Counted from the stretch's first letter, positions 41,364-55,583 are shown. The stretch: DNA of 64,000 nucleotides from Diadema antillarum (GCF_040938485.1 NW_027271881.1:434001-498000), one strand, 5' to 3'. Numbers and translations are program-made. The notes: generated by a model not told the origin, from the sequence alone.

Positions 41364-43798
41364 AGTGAAACACTGCACCGACGGTGGTGTATGCAGTAAC
41401 CAAGTACCGTAGGGGAGCACAGGGCACAGTGCGATGAGTGATCTGAGACGAGTGGTGGTAGCTTCATTCACATGCACACGTTACAGCTATAAAGCGCTCA
41501 ATTGAGGAGATTAATTAGTTGATATCTTCATAAGCGTGGAATTTTCGTATGCGTTTTTCCAATAGTGCGTCGCGATTGTTCTGTAAAACCAATTTGAGAC
41601 AAAGTGATGAGAATACTAATTGACATTCCCAAACCTATTTAAATTATGGACTGAGTATATAAGTGAATTCATACCTGAATATATTAGAAGCTGTCTCTTC
41701 TACGTTTTCCGAAGAAACATTTATTGCTGAAATAAAACCATGAATGATTGATTTGAATGTCGAGACCTATACGTATATGATTTACTATATTCTCTGCTTT
41801 TCTTCTAAAACCAAACGAAATGTCCCTCTGAACAACTGTCAAAGTTCTCTGCAATAATAATCTGCACACTGCACCGAGTAATATTCACTTTCCACACACC
41901 GCAACTTATTATGTGACATTTATTTACTGAATCTTGTTCACCAAACACATCGTAATTTGGGCACTTTTTGCCAACTACTGGTTCAAGCAATTACTTGTGA
42001 TAGTCTCGCCCTCTCCATCAATCATATTGTACAATACATGTATTACTAGTATGTTTCTTCAAACAAGGCTTTGGGTTTATCGAATATACACTGTTATATA
42101 GCTTGTTTATCATTAGATAACTTTGTCATTTCTATTATACATTCTAACTTTTATTATGGAATTATTATAACTATTACTATACTGGTACTATTGATAATGT
42201 TGGTAATAGTAATGATAATGATAATGATAATCATCGATCATCATCACCATCATTATTATAATGATAATAGTTACTTAGCGCTTTACAAGTCAAGTAGAAA
42301 AGTATCTGCAAACAAAAAACAAACGCGAAACTGAGAAAGATTGTCTTAACTTAGAAAAAAAAATCCACGTGAAAAGCATTCGTGAGATTTCCCCCTAAAA
42401 ATAGGACGTAAGTGCCATGTGAAGTGCGTTTGAACACTATGCAGTCATATTATTACAATATATACATCAAATCGGACATTTCTTGACTTTGGGGGAAGGA
42501 ACGAAATACCCTCTTCCTGGAAGAATTGAACAAATCTAGATATGGTCGATACATTTTGAGTATTAGATTCAAGAAGTAATGTGCCATAAGAGCAATTTGA
42601 TGTCAGTGAAATACAAAACATGATTATGATAAGCAGCGTTAAAGATTAGACAGTATCGTGGTGTTGTATTCCAGTTGGTCTTTTTTTTTAATAATCAGCA
42701 TGGTAGGTATATAATAAGACGTTCAAATTGTTATGACTTTCTCGATGATACAGTTGATGAAATTTTGCACATATCGTTTAGTCAAAGTGATCATTCGGCT
42801 TTTATTTCATTTCATTTATCCGTTACTTCACCTTTTATTTTTTTTTCACTTATTTACTCCATTCCACACGTTGCTGCTTTGTTGGTTACTCTAGTTCCTT
42901 TCCTTTCACTTCCCCCGCCTTCAAGTCGGATAAAAGAAGTAACGTGAACCGCGCCATCAAGTGGCAGAGAAGAATACTATAGTAAGTCACCTCTTGACAA
43001 CCTAGAGATTGCGCTATTAAAGATGGTGAGCTGTTATAGTTTTATGAGGTAGGAAGTGATAGTGCGGTGAATTTGGATGTATTTCACGTTCTGTAATAGA
43101 TGGAAACTGTGTATATCCCTTGATTCTTGACATCGACATTAACATAACTCATTTTTTTAATATTTCCACTCATGATGAAATATTTCAAGAACAATTTGAT
43201 GCTCTGAAGTTACACTTACAGGTAGTCCTTGGAGCTTTCTCAGCATCTTTAAGCTTTCGTCAAATTTGGAGTCCACTGATCAGGTGATAAATGATATTCC
43301 AATTAATTTCAAAGTAATGTCTTAAAGTTCCCTTGACGATATGACCGTCATCAATTTAATCAAATTTCTTTAAACAATTTATGTGGTCATTCGATTGAAA
43401 CTTCGTGGGTTATCTTTGTGAAGGTAATATGCGGAGCGACGAGTATGATGAATATAACGAGAGTCTGATTTGACGATAAATGCGAAGTCAAAGAAAAGGA
43501 GTTTCGAACATTCTGATATATAATTATTTATTTGTAGACTCTTTAAGACTGTCTGGCACGTCGTCGTAGGTATAAATCACTCTGAGTTTGATAATCAGGT
43601 AAGGTAAGTTTCGTGTTGTGCCAATATAGCGCTTTGAGCAGGGAATAAGAAAGCGCCCGTATATAAGGCTGGATACAAAGCACATTTTGGTATACTGCTG
43701 AGAAGGTAGACCATTTTCATTGCTCATTTTATGAGACCAACGGAAAATCTGCTGGAAGCTTTACAAAACTGTACTGAAAACTTTGAGGAAACTAGATG

Positions 43799-44110
43799 CA
43801 GAGACTCCAACTCTCCCGTTTTCGACGGGAGATCTCCCGCCGAAAACCCGTTTTTGCAGAATCTCCCGTTCTCCCGCTGAATATTTAATTTCTCCCGCCC
43901 TGGCTCTGTGTCTCCCGTTGAAAAGGGTTTCTTACTTATTGCTATTGTATGCTGAAAAAATAAGCCTTACGGCCCTTAGATAGCACCAGAGAGCATCTAG
44001 AACCCTAGGAACTTCGCGCTTCGCACACATCAATTTGGAGTCTCCCGTTTGCTAGGGGCCTCAGGGGGGAGAATCTCCAGATCAGAAGGTGCTTTGGGTT
44101 GGAGTCTCTG
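43799..44110. mobile_element. MITE, CAGAGACTCCAAC TIRs, 6-bp TSD TAGATG (hAT-like)
   Basis: Perfect 13-bp TIRs, many TCTCCCG subterminal repeats, TAGATG on both flanks; inverted homolog at 57761-58080. Confidence 0.88.
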
Positions 44111-44173
44111 TAGATGTAAAGTGCCACTATTGTTGTCTGATAAAGTGCTACGAAACACCTCAATTTATGACCG

Positions 44174-44186
44174 GTGTCATAGCAAC
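44174..44186 (+). promoter_or_regulatory. X-box-like site at a candidate first exon of the CCDC190-like gene
   Basis: GTGTCATAGCAAC followed by donors GAG|GTGAGT (44268) and AAG|GTGAGT (44277); a further donor at 44691 with a TGACGTCA site upstream. Confidence 0.5.
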
Positions 44187-47100
44187 GAAACGCTCTTTCC
44201 GTGGTTACCGTTGAACCCTGACACTAGAAAGTCAAGCTAGCGCATACTTCACTCCGTCGAGACGGAGGTGAGTAAGGTGAGTTTTGGTTCCAACGCTATC
44301 GAATGACGAAACACGGTTATGTATGATTATAGGAAAGAGAAGAACCATGTATCTGCATGATGATCTCAAAGAAAGTCGTTTGCGTTGTGCCGGTTTGGGC
44401 ATAGTAACCATCCAATCAATGTGAACTGAATTTAAGCGAGGAAACGGAACAAATCTTCGGGGAACATCGTTAAACAAAAAATCACGACAACTCCGGCTGG
44501 CGGGCTCTCGGTCAGTCGGAGAACGTGCATGGTGAAAAATCAGATCACTGATTGACGTCACGGATGTACCACTTCTGAGCTTCAGGAGTACATTGTACAG
44601 TATGGTACAAGGACAGCCAAGAAGACGCGCAGTTAGTGAGGAGCACACGGTACGTCTTGATCACAAAACGAGGACGGTTGGAGGTTGCTAGTAAGTTTCG
44701 ATGTCAAGATATTAATACGTCTTAATTTCCCATTGCAAGCTTACAAGAATATACTGTGCCATTTACCAAGAGATTTGGAAATACAGAGAGAAAGAGGGAG
44801 AAGGGAGTGGAGAGAGAGATGGAGGGAGAGAGATGATAAGACTCGTTTCTTTCAACCAGAAATAATATCGCGTTGAAATCATGACGTTCGATTGTTAACA
44901 TATCTATACATGCTATACATGCTCCGTGAGAAAGGAAAACGCGTTTTTTGTTTACAATTGCTACCCTTCTCACCTTTGCTTGGAGAATAATCCTTTATCC
45001 CCCACCGAACTCCACCCCACACGTTCTTATAGGTCATTGTATCGACAAATTCTTTCATTTTTTTTTTCCACCCCCTCGGCATTGAGACTGCTTTTATAGT
45101 CGTAATTCAACTGTTACTCACCGATCCGTCTCAGTGTTGAAGATGCTCACGAAGCCATGACGGAAGTAACAAAAGAGCTTAGTTAGATCTCCTTTCATTG
45201 TCCCTGTGGATCCTTTTTATCCGAGGATTGTCTGGGCAGAGTCCTTCGTTACTATAATGGCCTAACACGCGCGTTGTGCAAACGAATAGTAAACTTATAT
45301 TAAACGCACGGGCTTGAGGGACTAACCAACTAAGAGGCTATGAGACAGGAGAAGTAATCATGTGAGTTTTGTTGTGTTTATGTTGCATGGTCAAGCCGGA
45401 CATTATTTTATTCGTCTTCCGATCAAGCCACTCTGCGAGATCACCACGCTCGACACCTGCTTTCTGAGATGTAACCGGTCAGTGTTGATACTTGAAGCCG
45501 AATTGAGAAGGCTGCATGGTTGTTTGACATATAATCTTTTGTGGAAACGTTGAGTGATATTCATCAGACAGCTGTAAGGATCTGGGAAGCTGCGTTACAG
45601 ATCATTGGACTGAATGTTTATTTTAATCAACACATCTATGACGGGTGAGCAAGAGTAGAATTACAAGAATGATATAACAAGGCAAACATACATAGTATAT
45701 GTCAAATTTGTCATGCACAGTGTTCGTCTCGGTGAGTTTGACAAGAACCTTGCTTGCGGAGTTGCTCATATCTGGACAGGCTATCTTGTTTCATATTTTG
45801 TCCTCTGATATTTTATTCATTTATTTTTGGTTATGAAATTAAGTTTTGTTTTCAAATCTATTTTGTTGTAAGATTTGTTCTGACTGGTTTCCTCCTGGCC
45901 ACGCCATTTTCATCCCGGCGAATCACACAAAAGACTGTGACATTAATTCATATCAAAACGATTAAAAATATATCTCAAAATACATTTAGAGGCACATCAT
46001 GAATTATACAAAGGGTCTAACGACACGTATCCATGCTGAAATTCAAGGATAAACAGCTGGAAGTGAAAACGATTTCAAGTGCCTCCATTTAGAATAACAG
46101 GGACGATAGTGTCATCATCAGTAACTGCAGTGTGGGGGAAAGTAGGTTACATTTTAATCTCCCCGATAACAGAGTAAACTATAGTAACCAACCAGAAGGA
46201 ATACATTTAGACAGGCGAATTTTAACTAGGCATTGATGATGCATAGACAGATGGAAATCCTTTTCCATCTCATCATCAAAACAAATCCACTCGATCGTTA
46301 CGTCCAGTACTGAGTATAACGTCACCAATTCAGGCGATGTCTGTGACCTGTTGTGATGGATACGAGGCTATATCCGAACTTGTTTAATTTCCACGCGTGC
46401 CTTTATTCTAAATTAAGACTGACTATCACTTTGACCATGGGATCAAAACGGCAATAACGGACTGGCCCCTACAATCCATTCTGTGCACCACGTCACAGTA
46501 TTTATTGTGGTCTCGACTTCCCAACGATCTCGCATTTTGTAGACCAAGTTTTTTTTTTCTTCTCCAACGCAACTGCTCCATTCCATGTGGTTTTGATGTG
46601 CGGATGTATTATTTCAGGGGGTAGTTTACCCCCCCCCCCCGTTTTTTTTTTTTTTTTTTTAGGACGATTATGTTTTAATGGTTTTCCTGTTCGATTAGTA
46701 AAAAACAAAACAAAACAAAACTGAAAGTCATATTTGTTTGTTTGGGTTGTTTCAGATAAGCGTGTACCCTGCATTTGATATGAACGGGGAGGAACAATCA
46801 CAATGTCTGCTCACACAACACCTATACAAGATCAGATATACAAACGTATAACGACCAGGGAGGCGCACCTCCCCGTCACTACCTTTCTGATCAAATCTTA
46901 TAAAGCTTTGTCGACGTAATCATTGCAATATGATTCAAGTTTTGAGACTTCTCAATATCTCATTTTTTCTCTTTTGTTTTGTCTTTTATCTTTGCTTTGT
47001 CTTCATTTCATTTCAGCGCGAAATCTTCTTCAGCCACAGTCTCTTTTTCGCTGAGCTAATTCGTATCCTCCTTCCTGTCATACTTTATTTATATCTTGCG

Positions 47101-47573
47101 ATTGTTTGGGCGTAAGAGAATGAGTGCGATTAACTTGCATTCTTCTTGAGCAAAAATTATCTTAATGATAACATTATAACATTCATAAGTGGTGTGTTCA
47201 AACATTAGGTCACATGGTGTCTCTTTAATACAGCGTCGCATACCAGTTCACTCGGTGTTTGTTCATGAGTTATTATGACCTGCTATTTGTGTACTTATCC
47301 TTTGGAACCGATTTCTCTAATATACCCCAATTCCAGGTGGCGTAGTTCGAAGGATGTAGAAAGCATGTCAACACCAGGACAAGAGAGAACCTTGTATGCA
47401 ATGGGTTCCATTCTGCGAAAATAACCACAAGCATTCGCTTGTCTTAGAGATGCCATGGGAGGTATGAACGGTGATTCCAGGATGTTGCAGAGTGTTGAAA
47501 ATTGGAAGCGTGATGATCTCCCATCTTCGATTTGATTAGATGGTCCTGACCAGGCACAGCCCAGCAAAGGAAA

Positions 47574-50500
47574 ATGGCGCAAGATAATCGCGATGTTACA
47601 GCGACTTCGAAACCAAGAGGTAAGTTATAAGTGAACTGACTATATAGAAGGTTTTGCAAAATTTGAATTCCTGTATGCTGGTTGAAGATTAATTCATTCA
47701 AGTTATGCTCTTACAGTCGATGTCATCTTGTCAACTATCGGTACTTAGCCAGTGCTTGAAGTAGGGGTCATCCGATTTTTTGAGTAAGGGAACATTAAAC
47801 ATCGATATTGTGTTACTGTCATATCTCATTGCAGTATACGAGAAATTTTCTCAAGATTAGAGAAATGCCAAAGACAATGTGAACCCACCGCAACCATTTA
47901 TTGAGTATTACAGTAATCCATCACATCGATCGGAGTTTTAAAAAAGACAATCTCTTTCTTTTTCTTTTTTTTTCTTTGGCTTGTTTCTCGTCTGATGAGA
48001 GCATAAAGCTACAGAATCAATAAATGCCAACTTAATCTTCGTATAAACCTGCTGTCAAACGTATAACCAGACAGGGACATTCATGAAATTAATTATTAAC
48101 GCGTTCTATTGCTAATTTCCGACAGACTTGAGAAGTTGATTCACGAATGTAATAACCATAGATACATGCTGCTGATGATGAGGTGGATTCGCGATTAAAA
48201 ATAAATGTAACTTCATGAAGGAAAACGAGTGTATAAGGGCCGGCATTTTCTTGATCTCATAATATTTGCTTGTTTTTGCTTGGTATATGTGTCTGTGTGT
48301 TCATTTGTTTGTTTATTCTGTAAGGGGAGGGTTAGAATGACAGACACGATCTATATCATGTTTTCATGATTAAGTATTGAGAGTCGAGGGGAGCGTGTAG
48401 AGCTATGGATTTCGCATTGTAGGGAATGATGCTATGAGCCAGTGCACACATGGGTATATTATATTCGCAGGCCCGTACAAAACTATCACAACAGCGGAGC
48501 AAGCTAGCGATATGTGCTGGAAGCATATGTATGGTAGTATAGTATAATGGACGCTTGAAAACCAGCAATCATTTTACTGTTCGCGAGTGAGAAAAGGTCG
48601 CAATCCAAAGGGGAGTTATCATTGGTGACGTCGTCAAAAATAAGTTCGTTCCAATTAAAAAAAATCAGAGATGATACAAAGAGCTCGTTTTGCGAATATG
48701 AAAGGATGGAGGATTTATTGTTATAGTACACCAGCCGCTCTTTTTTTTTCTTTCGAGTGCTTAACGTTTTATTTATGAAATCATTATTCTGAGACAGGTA
48801 CAGTGTATTGGTCTATGAACCTTTTTTTTTTAATCATTCCAAGGGTTTAGCTATCCCAGTGGAGGAAATAAAAGAAAAACAACAAAGTAAACCCCAAACT
48901 GGGTGTAATATTTGGACAGTCTACGATTACACTCATATCTATATACTCAAAACGGATACTTGTTTGTCCTCAATACATCGCGGACGAAGTACGGGTGAAT
49001 AGTTTCAGGCCTTTTTTCTGCTTTCATTGTCATCAATAATTGCCTTTTTTATAATCTTTCCTATTTCTTACATCAGACAAAGGCCAGGTGATAAAGATAA
49101 GAGAGGACCATAACTTATCCCCGTGCATGCTTGTAAAAGGTGGAGATCAAGCGAAAGGTTGCCATGTGAAAATTAAAAAATAGCATGTGGGGAAGGAGTT
49201 GAATGTTGCTGAATTAAAACAATGATCACAATGTTTGTCGGGGTTTTTTTTCGAAAAAAAATCGCAACTAATGGTACTACTAACTTACAGACAAAATATG
49301 AAGACTTAAAACGTCAGTAAACGCGTCATTATTTTGTTCTTCACGTAATATAATTGCCCTGCTCGCTGCGTAGATGGATGATGTATCCCAATACATGTTC
49401 TGGTTGTCCACCCACCAGTTAATTCCAATACAAGGACTATTGTTTTCGAACATGGTCAATCATCGATTACTTCACGGTAGAACGCAAGAAGACTGATAGC
49501 GCTACTATTACTTTCATAATAGTGGGCTATACTTGGCTCTGATATGCCTGATTTAATTTTGGTCGCTATGGCAACTGGTGGGATGGGGATGACGTGTGGA
49601 CGCACACAATGCAATTTAGGACGCATGCGCACAGAGGCAACGAGGGAAGCCAGTCACCCGATGCCATGACAGCGGGAAAATTGCCTTTAATAACAAACCC
49701 TCGCATATACATGATTATTTTGTTTTTCTTGATATCTATTGATCTCATTCAAATCATTGAATGAATCCCCTAACCCATTCTGGGTGTGGCATAAACAAAA
49801 ACAATACAAATACATTTCAAAAGCACAAACAAATCAATTTTCAATGTATACTGATATATAATCTCTATGTCTTCAACATGGATAATAACTCAGTTATAAA
49901 TCAATCCCACTGGTAATTTCTTCACGAGAATCATTGACATATGCCAACATAATATCTCTTAAATATGTTGGATCTTATCATTTCTATTTGTAAGAACATG
50001 CACATAAAAACAAAACAAAAAACCCATATATTATACAAATCTAGAATGAAGTCATTCATAAAACCCAACCAGCCCTCCCCCTCCTAACCGAAACAAATCT
50101 TCATCAGTCTTTCCTAGATATGTGATCCTACCAAATAATATATATATATTTTTTACAATTTATAACTATCCTCCATCAAATCAAATCCCAATCCCACCAT
50201 CCCCCGATTCACCCAAACCAGAAGCACACCTACATGATTGTATTGTACACCCACACCCACCCACACACACGCGCGCGCACACACACACACAATCAGTAAA
50301 ATACAAGAGTTTTAATGTACGCCTTTTATAGTGAGATCTACTATCATTTCTCAACAAATGGAAGTAGAAAAAAAAAGTAGCAATGGTAGATAGCAATTAA
50401 TGGTAACGAGTGGTAAAAGAGTTGTTAAAGGGATCGCATAGTTTTGGTTGAGACCTAATTTCAGGTTTCTAACATTTTTTTTTTTTGTGTGTGTGAGGTA

Positions 50501-52392
50501 ATGAGAGACCTCTTATGAAATATGAAAGAGCATGTAATTCTATGAGGAATTCAGCGTTTATTTGACGAAAATTGGTTTGGAAATGGCTGAGATATCAAAA
50601 AAGAGCAATTCTAATAAAGTGTGGGACCCACACTTTATTACGATCGCTTTGCTTTACTTTGTTTTTTTATGTTTCAGTTATTCCATACCCGATTTTCATT
50701 AAATAAACTTTGAATTCCTCTTAAAATGGTATGCTCTGTACTATATCATAAGTGTTTTCTCGGTATCTTGCAAAAAGTTTGAAGCCCAATTCTAATCTCC
50801 ACCAATACTGTATCATCCCTTTAAGTATAGAAAATTTGTATCGGGCACTGGCAATGTTGATAGTTCAAGTTTTGTACATAATAATTGTTACAGTATAATG
50901 TAATGTTGATGTTGGCGGTGAAAATCAAGTCAATGATGGCACAATTAAATCATGAACAGTTTCATTATCATTATCATACGCATTATTGTGATGATTAATC
51001 AGTCATCATCTGTAGTAAAAGTCGTAGTAGATGAAGTTGTGGCGTCAGTAACAGCGGTGGCAGCAGTTGACTTTTTTTTTTCATCCATTGGTACCATTTC
51101 ACTTGCATTACAATTATATTTTTGTTCTTATTCCAAAACATATCTTCTAGAGAACACAAACACAATATTAAACAGTTTAAAGCCATACTATGGCCAATTC
51201 TTTGACATTTAGACAGTCTACTGATTATATGCAATTTTCGTACCGTAATTTTTCACTCTTTTACGTGCCATTTACTAACTCTTGTACAATCATTCTTAGT
51301 GCCCTGTTTTTAACGACTTGGAGTTTCTATATCAGTGGTATCCGACTGACACAAATAATATTATAATAAAAAGGTCTTGTGAACAAGACGAACTGCCGGA
51401 TTGTTGAAGCAGCAAAGTAAAAGGTCGAGAACCTGTTATAAACACTGCTCGAATACCAATGCATCCGAATGCGAATGCATATTTTATCCGGTGATCCGGC
51501 AACCTATGAAAGTGTCTTTTTCATGGTTTAGGTCGATGAGTAAGTTACTGTTCAGTGTAACATCTTTGCTGCATGTGGATGGATATTAGTCTAGATGAAA
51601 AAAGAGCAATGCAGTGGTTGGTTTCGTAAAAAAAAGTTAAGAAACTTCAAGTAGCCATTGTTGACAGTAGATATAAAATAGTAACAGCGTCAAAGATCGT
51701 CGAATCTAAACTAATCACGTATGATTGCAGAAGACCAGTAGCAATCTGAGCTAAGACGTCCGTGGCATGATGCGATTTGGGATTTTGTGTGTGCGTGTGT
51801 GTGTGTTAAAAGGGTTAATGATTCGTCGCTATTGTTTGCATTGCCCGACCCGTCGGTGTCTTGGTACTGGCCAGTAACTGCCCACTCATGGTATAGGATG
51901 GCTGCAATCACGGTATTGACTCGTCTTTTTTAAGAAACCACTCAACGAGGTCGCTGTCTGTCTACATACCCTTTTTAAAACCATCTTCGATCCGCTACAT
52001 CGATGCAACTTCCCCTTTTGACACCCAGCCGACGCATTGTTTTCATTGTGCATCCATGTTTACCGATATGTTTGATTTTCACCCTCATTGACTTGGTTTC
52101 AAATGACCATTATATGTTTAAGGCATTGATTTGTGTCAAGTGGGCTTTTCTCTCCGCCATTCTACTCTATTCCGTCTTCTGAATGTACAATTGTGAGGCC
52201 TACTCGATTCGAGATTATCGTTGCACTTTGTATTGTCTTCTGTTTCGCCTCTCCTTTCTGTATCCTTCTTCTTGATATCAAACTCCGTAAGTTTTTTTTT
52301 CCACTAAAACTATTGTTTCTTGACGAAAGAGCATAATGCTGCCTATACCGGGGTACTCTACAAAAATGTGTAAAACACACACCCACACACAC

Positions 52393-52430
<38 letters not shown>

Positions 52431-53633
52431 CATATATAATGTAAAATGTTTTCTAATTTGAAGAGTAGGCCTACACATTCCTCAGAAACAAGAGAAATGA
52501 AGAGAATTTCAGCTATGCTCTCCCATAAATCGATGCACTGCGTTAAACATACTAGGGGAAAAGGGGGGACACTCCTAAATAAACACTTATAAAGGGAATA
52601 GAGCGGTGATACATTTCGACTCTGTCGGGAGAAAACTGATTTGCAGAGGAGACATAACAGTTAAATCATGTCATGTGTGATTTTATTTGAATAATCATTC
52701 TCTGGTGCATGAAGGAAAAGTAATATTGCGCATGTGATTTCTTTTAGTTTCGTACAGTATACTCCAGTCGCACACTTTAATAGTAAACATTGATCCTCCC
52801 CGAAATAAGGCTGTTTAAAATTAAATTAAGAATTATGACAACACTTATTATCTTTATCTTTGACAGGGAGCTACCTGGACCCACTGAAGGCATGTGCCTT
52901 GTCGGGGGAAAATGGCGTTCCCGCTGGGAAATCAGAATCTGCCACCTTTGCGAAGTACACAACAATCATCAAACAGTCGAGACGGAACGCGTCGCGGGCT
53001 TCGGTGCTCAACGATGTCGAACGCAGCAGATTCGAATCCATCGTCAAGCGAATGGAAAGCGAGCACCTGTACCACACGGCCGTGCTTGATCGTCAGAAGC
53101 GACAATTCCGGAAATCATTGGAGGTGTTGGAGAAAGACAGACGAGCTGTCAAACATTACTTTGATAAAGGTGGGAACTGGGTGGCCACACCCTTAAAACT
53201 CGTTGACGGCACGACGGTGAAGAAAAGACGAGGAGATAAAGGCGAGTCTCTCCTGCCTCCGATTGACCCCCTGGCAGCAGTGCAGGAAGCCAACGCCGGT
53301 CAACAGGGCGCCAACGCTGCCGAAGACGGCACGACCGTCAACGAAAGCGACGGGAAACGGGCGACCACGGTCGACGGCAGCAATCAGACGTCTAAGGGTG
53401 ACGAGTACGAGAGACAGGTTCCTGATTTTCCTTCCCGTCGGTTACAGAGCATGCATTCCATGCCTGCGCTGCGTTCCAATTCTATGCCCAGACCTCCGCA
53501 GCGGTTCTACACGGGTGACAATATAAAAACAATGCGAGAAACGCTGATGTCAGGCACTAAGGAGACCCAAACCAACACAGAAATTGATCCAAGCAAAGAT
53601 TCAAATGCTGACAAGCTGTCGCTGTCCATATGA
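47574..53633 (+). CDS. Coiled-coil protein, CCDC190-like, about 270 aa; coding exons 47574-47619 and 52867-53633
   Basis: The 257-aa ORF starts at TTG and contains the acceptor tttgacag at 52866 (phase 1). Upstream aaaATGGCG...CCAAGAG|GTAAGT ends in phase 1, giving MAQDNRDVTATSKPRGSYLDPLK.... Segment VERSRFESIVKRMESEHLYHTAVLDRQKRQFRKSLEVLEK resembles the remembered CCDC190 N-terminal LYH...RQ..K.L..L coil. Gene reality is better supported than the name. Confidence 0.72.
49562..49575 (+). promoter_or_regulatory. Consensus 14-bp RFX X-box in the CCDC190-like intron
   Basis: GTCGCTATGGCAAC; NRF1-like GCATGCGC about 50 bp downstream. Confidence 0.65.
50425..50824. mobile_element. TTAA-flanked non-autonomous transposon (Kolobok-like)
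   Basis: TTAAAGGGAT...ATCCCTTTAA termini; third copy of the family. Confidence 0.8.
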
Positions 53634-55301
53634 GATTGTATATTCAAGCTCTGTAAAATCTACGCAAGAGGAACGAGGACTTCAAGTGGGCAGCGAAAGT
53701 AGCGTTTGATTATTTAGATAAATTAAACAACATTATAATAATAATAATAATAATAATAGATGAATTAAACAACATTGTATTATGTTGTGCTAAATGATTT
53801 ATACGAATCGGTGCTCATGATTAGAAACAAATGCTATCTGTGTAGAAATTCAGAATTACTATTTTTTTAATAATTTTTCTTTAATATTCATATAAACCTC
53901 GCAACTCATATTCTTCTCCACAAAACCAATTTCGCACAGCTAGTTTAAAACTGATGTACAGAGACCATCATAACCACATGGAAAGCCATATAAAGGACTT
54001 GCTGGACAATACTTTCAAGTGGAAACGAACAATTAACAAATGATTGTTTGTCAGTTTGCTTATTTGGAAAAAAAGTACAGCATTCGAAGCAGAATAAACA
54101 TATTTTTCTTCTACTTGTGGTCAAAATTTCCGTAAAGCAGCTGCTATTGTAGCTGCAATTACTCTGCTTGTACACTTTCTGGTGGTGTTGTAACTGGATG
54201 AAATCGTGATAGTCGAATCAGTATGCAATACCATGTGTTTTCATTCCATTTTCATTTACAATGAGGACTCTCAGTTTTGAGAACAACAAATCACTCAAAA
54301 TAGTTTGATGATAAGTCTTGATCAATTTTCGCAAAATTTTGTACGCTATCTGCTAAAATACACAGACCAAAAAGATTAAGGACTCGTGATTTAAAAAAAA
54401 AATGAAAGACGCAATAATCGATGACGGCAAGATATCAATATCTTAATATTAATCGCTCTTGAAAAATATACTTGCAAAAGTAGTGAACTGGTTAAAACGA
54501 ATCTTAAAACCATGGGTCCCGAATTGAGTCAAGGTTGTTTGTTTTCATTTTCGTAAAAAAAAAAAAATAATTCACATGGAAAGAAGAAGTAGAACAGCGG
54601 CAAAAATATACGTAGAAAGCCAATCACCAGAAGCGGGAGTTAAATGTACGAGGTTTTACGCCTGGTCTTCCACGAGGCTCGTTGTGATTGACAGAACAAA
54701 ATATTCTGTGCAGTCGGCTCACACTCTCTACATCAGAGCCCTTTCTTGTACGTAAGAAACCGATTGTAAGAACAATGCCATCATAGTAATGGTATTAATT
54801 TTAATGTAAAAGGCGCATGCTTGAGAATGCTTTGTACATTGCTGCAGGCATACAGTGGAAAAGTCGGGTCACTGTAGTGCACGCTATAGTTTATACAGAA
54901 AACGTCAGCTGTTTGTATACTTCACTCAACAAACAGCTCATTTTGACGATTAGTTACAATATGTTATAATTATATACCTATGATTACGTACAGGCTTGGC
55001 TTGAAGAGGTGTTAGCATGAATGCAGTTTCTATAGAAAATCATTTGCGGTGAAAGCGACATTTTAACCACCACTTGTCTATATGCAACGTGTATAGCTGT
55101 ATATTAAAGACGAATTGGGTTAAGGTTAATAAGGAGATAGCTATACGGTCACATGGGTCGAAAGCTTTTATTTCTATCGGCAACTGACCAAAATGTATTA
55201 TTTTCAGTATTTACCAGACAGCTCAATCAAATCTGTTGGATGCAAATGGCTTGAAAACATCTAAAATATTATATCGATATCGCCTGTGTGGCTGAGCAGG
55301 C

Positions 55302-55583
55302 GGGTGTTGTTCGTTATTCCGAAGGTTCGCTATTCCGAATGTTCGTTGTTCCGAAGGGTCGTTAATCTGAAACACGCAAATTCCCTATACCGAGAGGTTC
55401 GTTAATCCGATAATGAAAAAGGGTTCGTTAATCCGAAAATTTGTGGCGTTATTCTGAAGGTTCGTTATTCCGAAGATCGGTTAATTCGAAAATGAAATTC
55501 GGAACGATGAACCTTCGGAATAACGAATCTTAGGAATAAAGAGCCTTCGGAATAACGAACCTTCGAAATAACGAGCTGTAACC
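55302..55583. mobile_element. Foldback-like element built of about 15-bp GGTTCGTTATTCCGA repeats, 8-bp TSD GAGCAGGC
   Basis: Tandem units in opposite orientation at the two ends; GG...CC termini; gagcaggc at 55294-55301 and 55584-55591. Confidence 0.75.

Noticed and set aside
55302-55583. CRISPR-like appearance of the 15-bp repeats
   Set aside because: No unique spacers, inverted arrangement with TSD, eukaryotic context.
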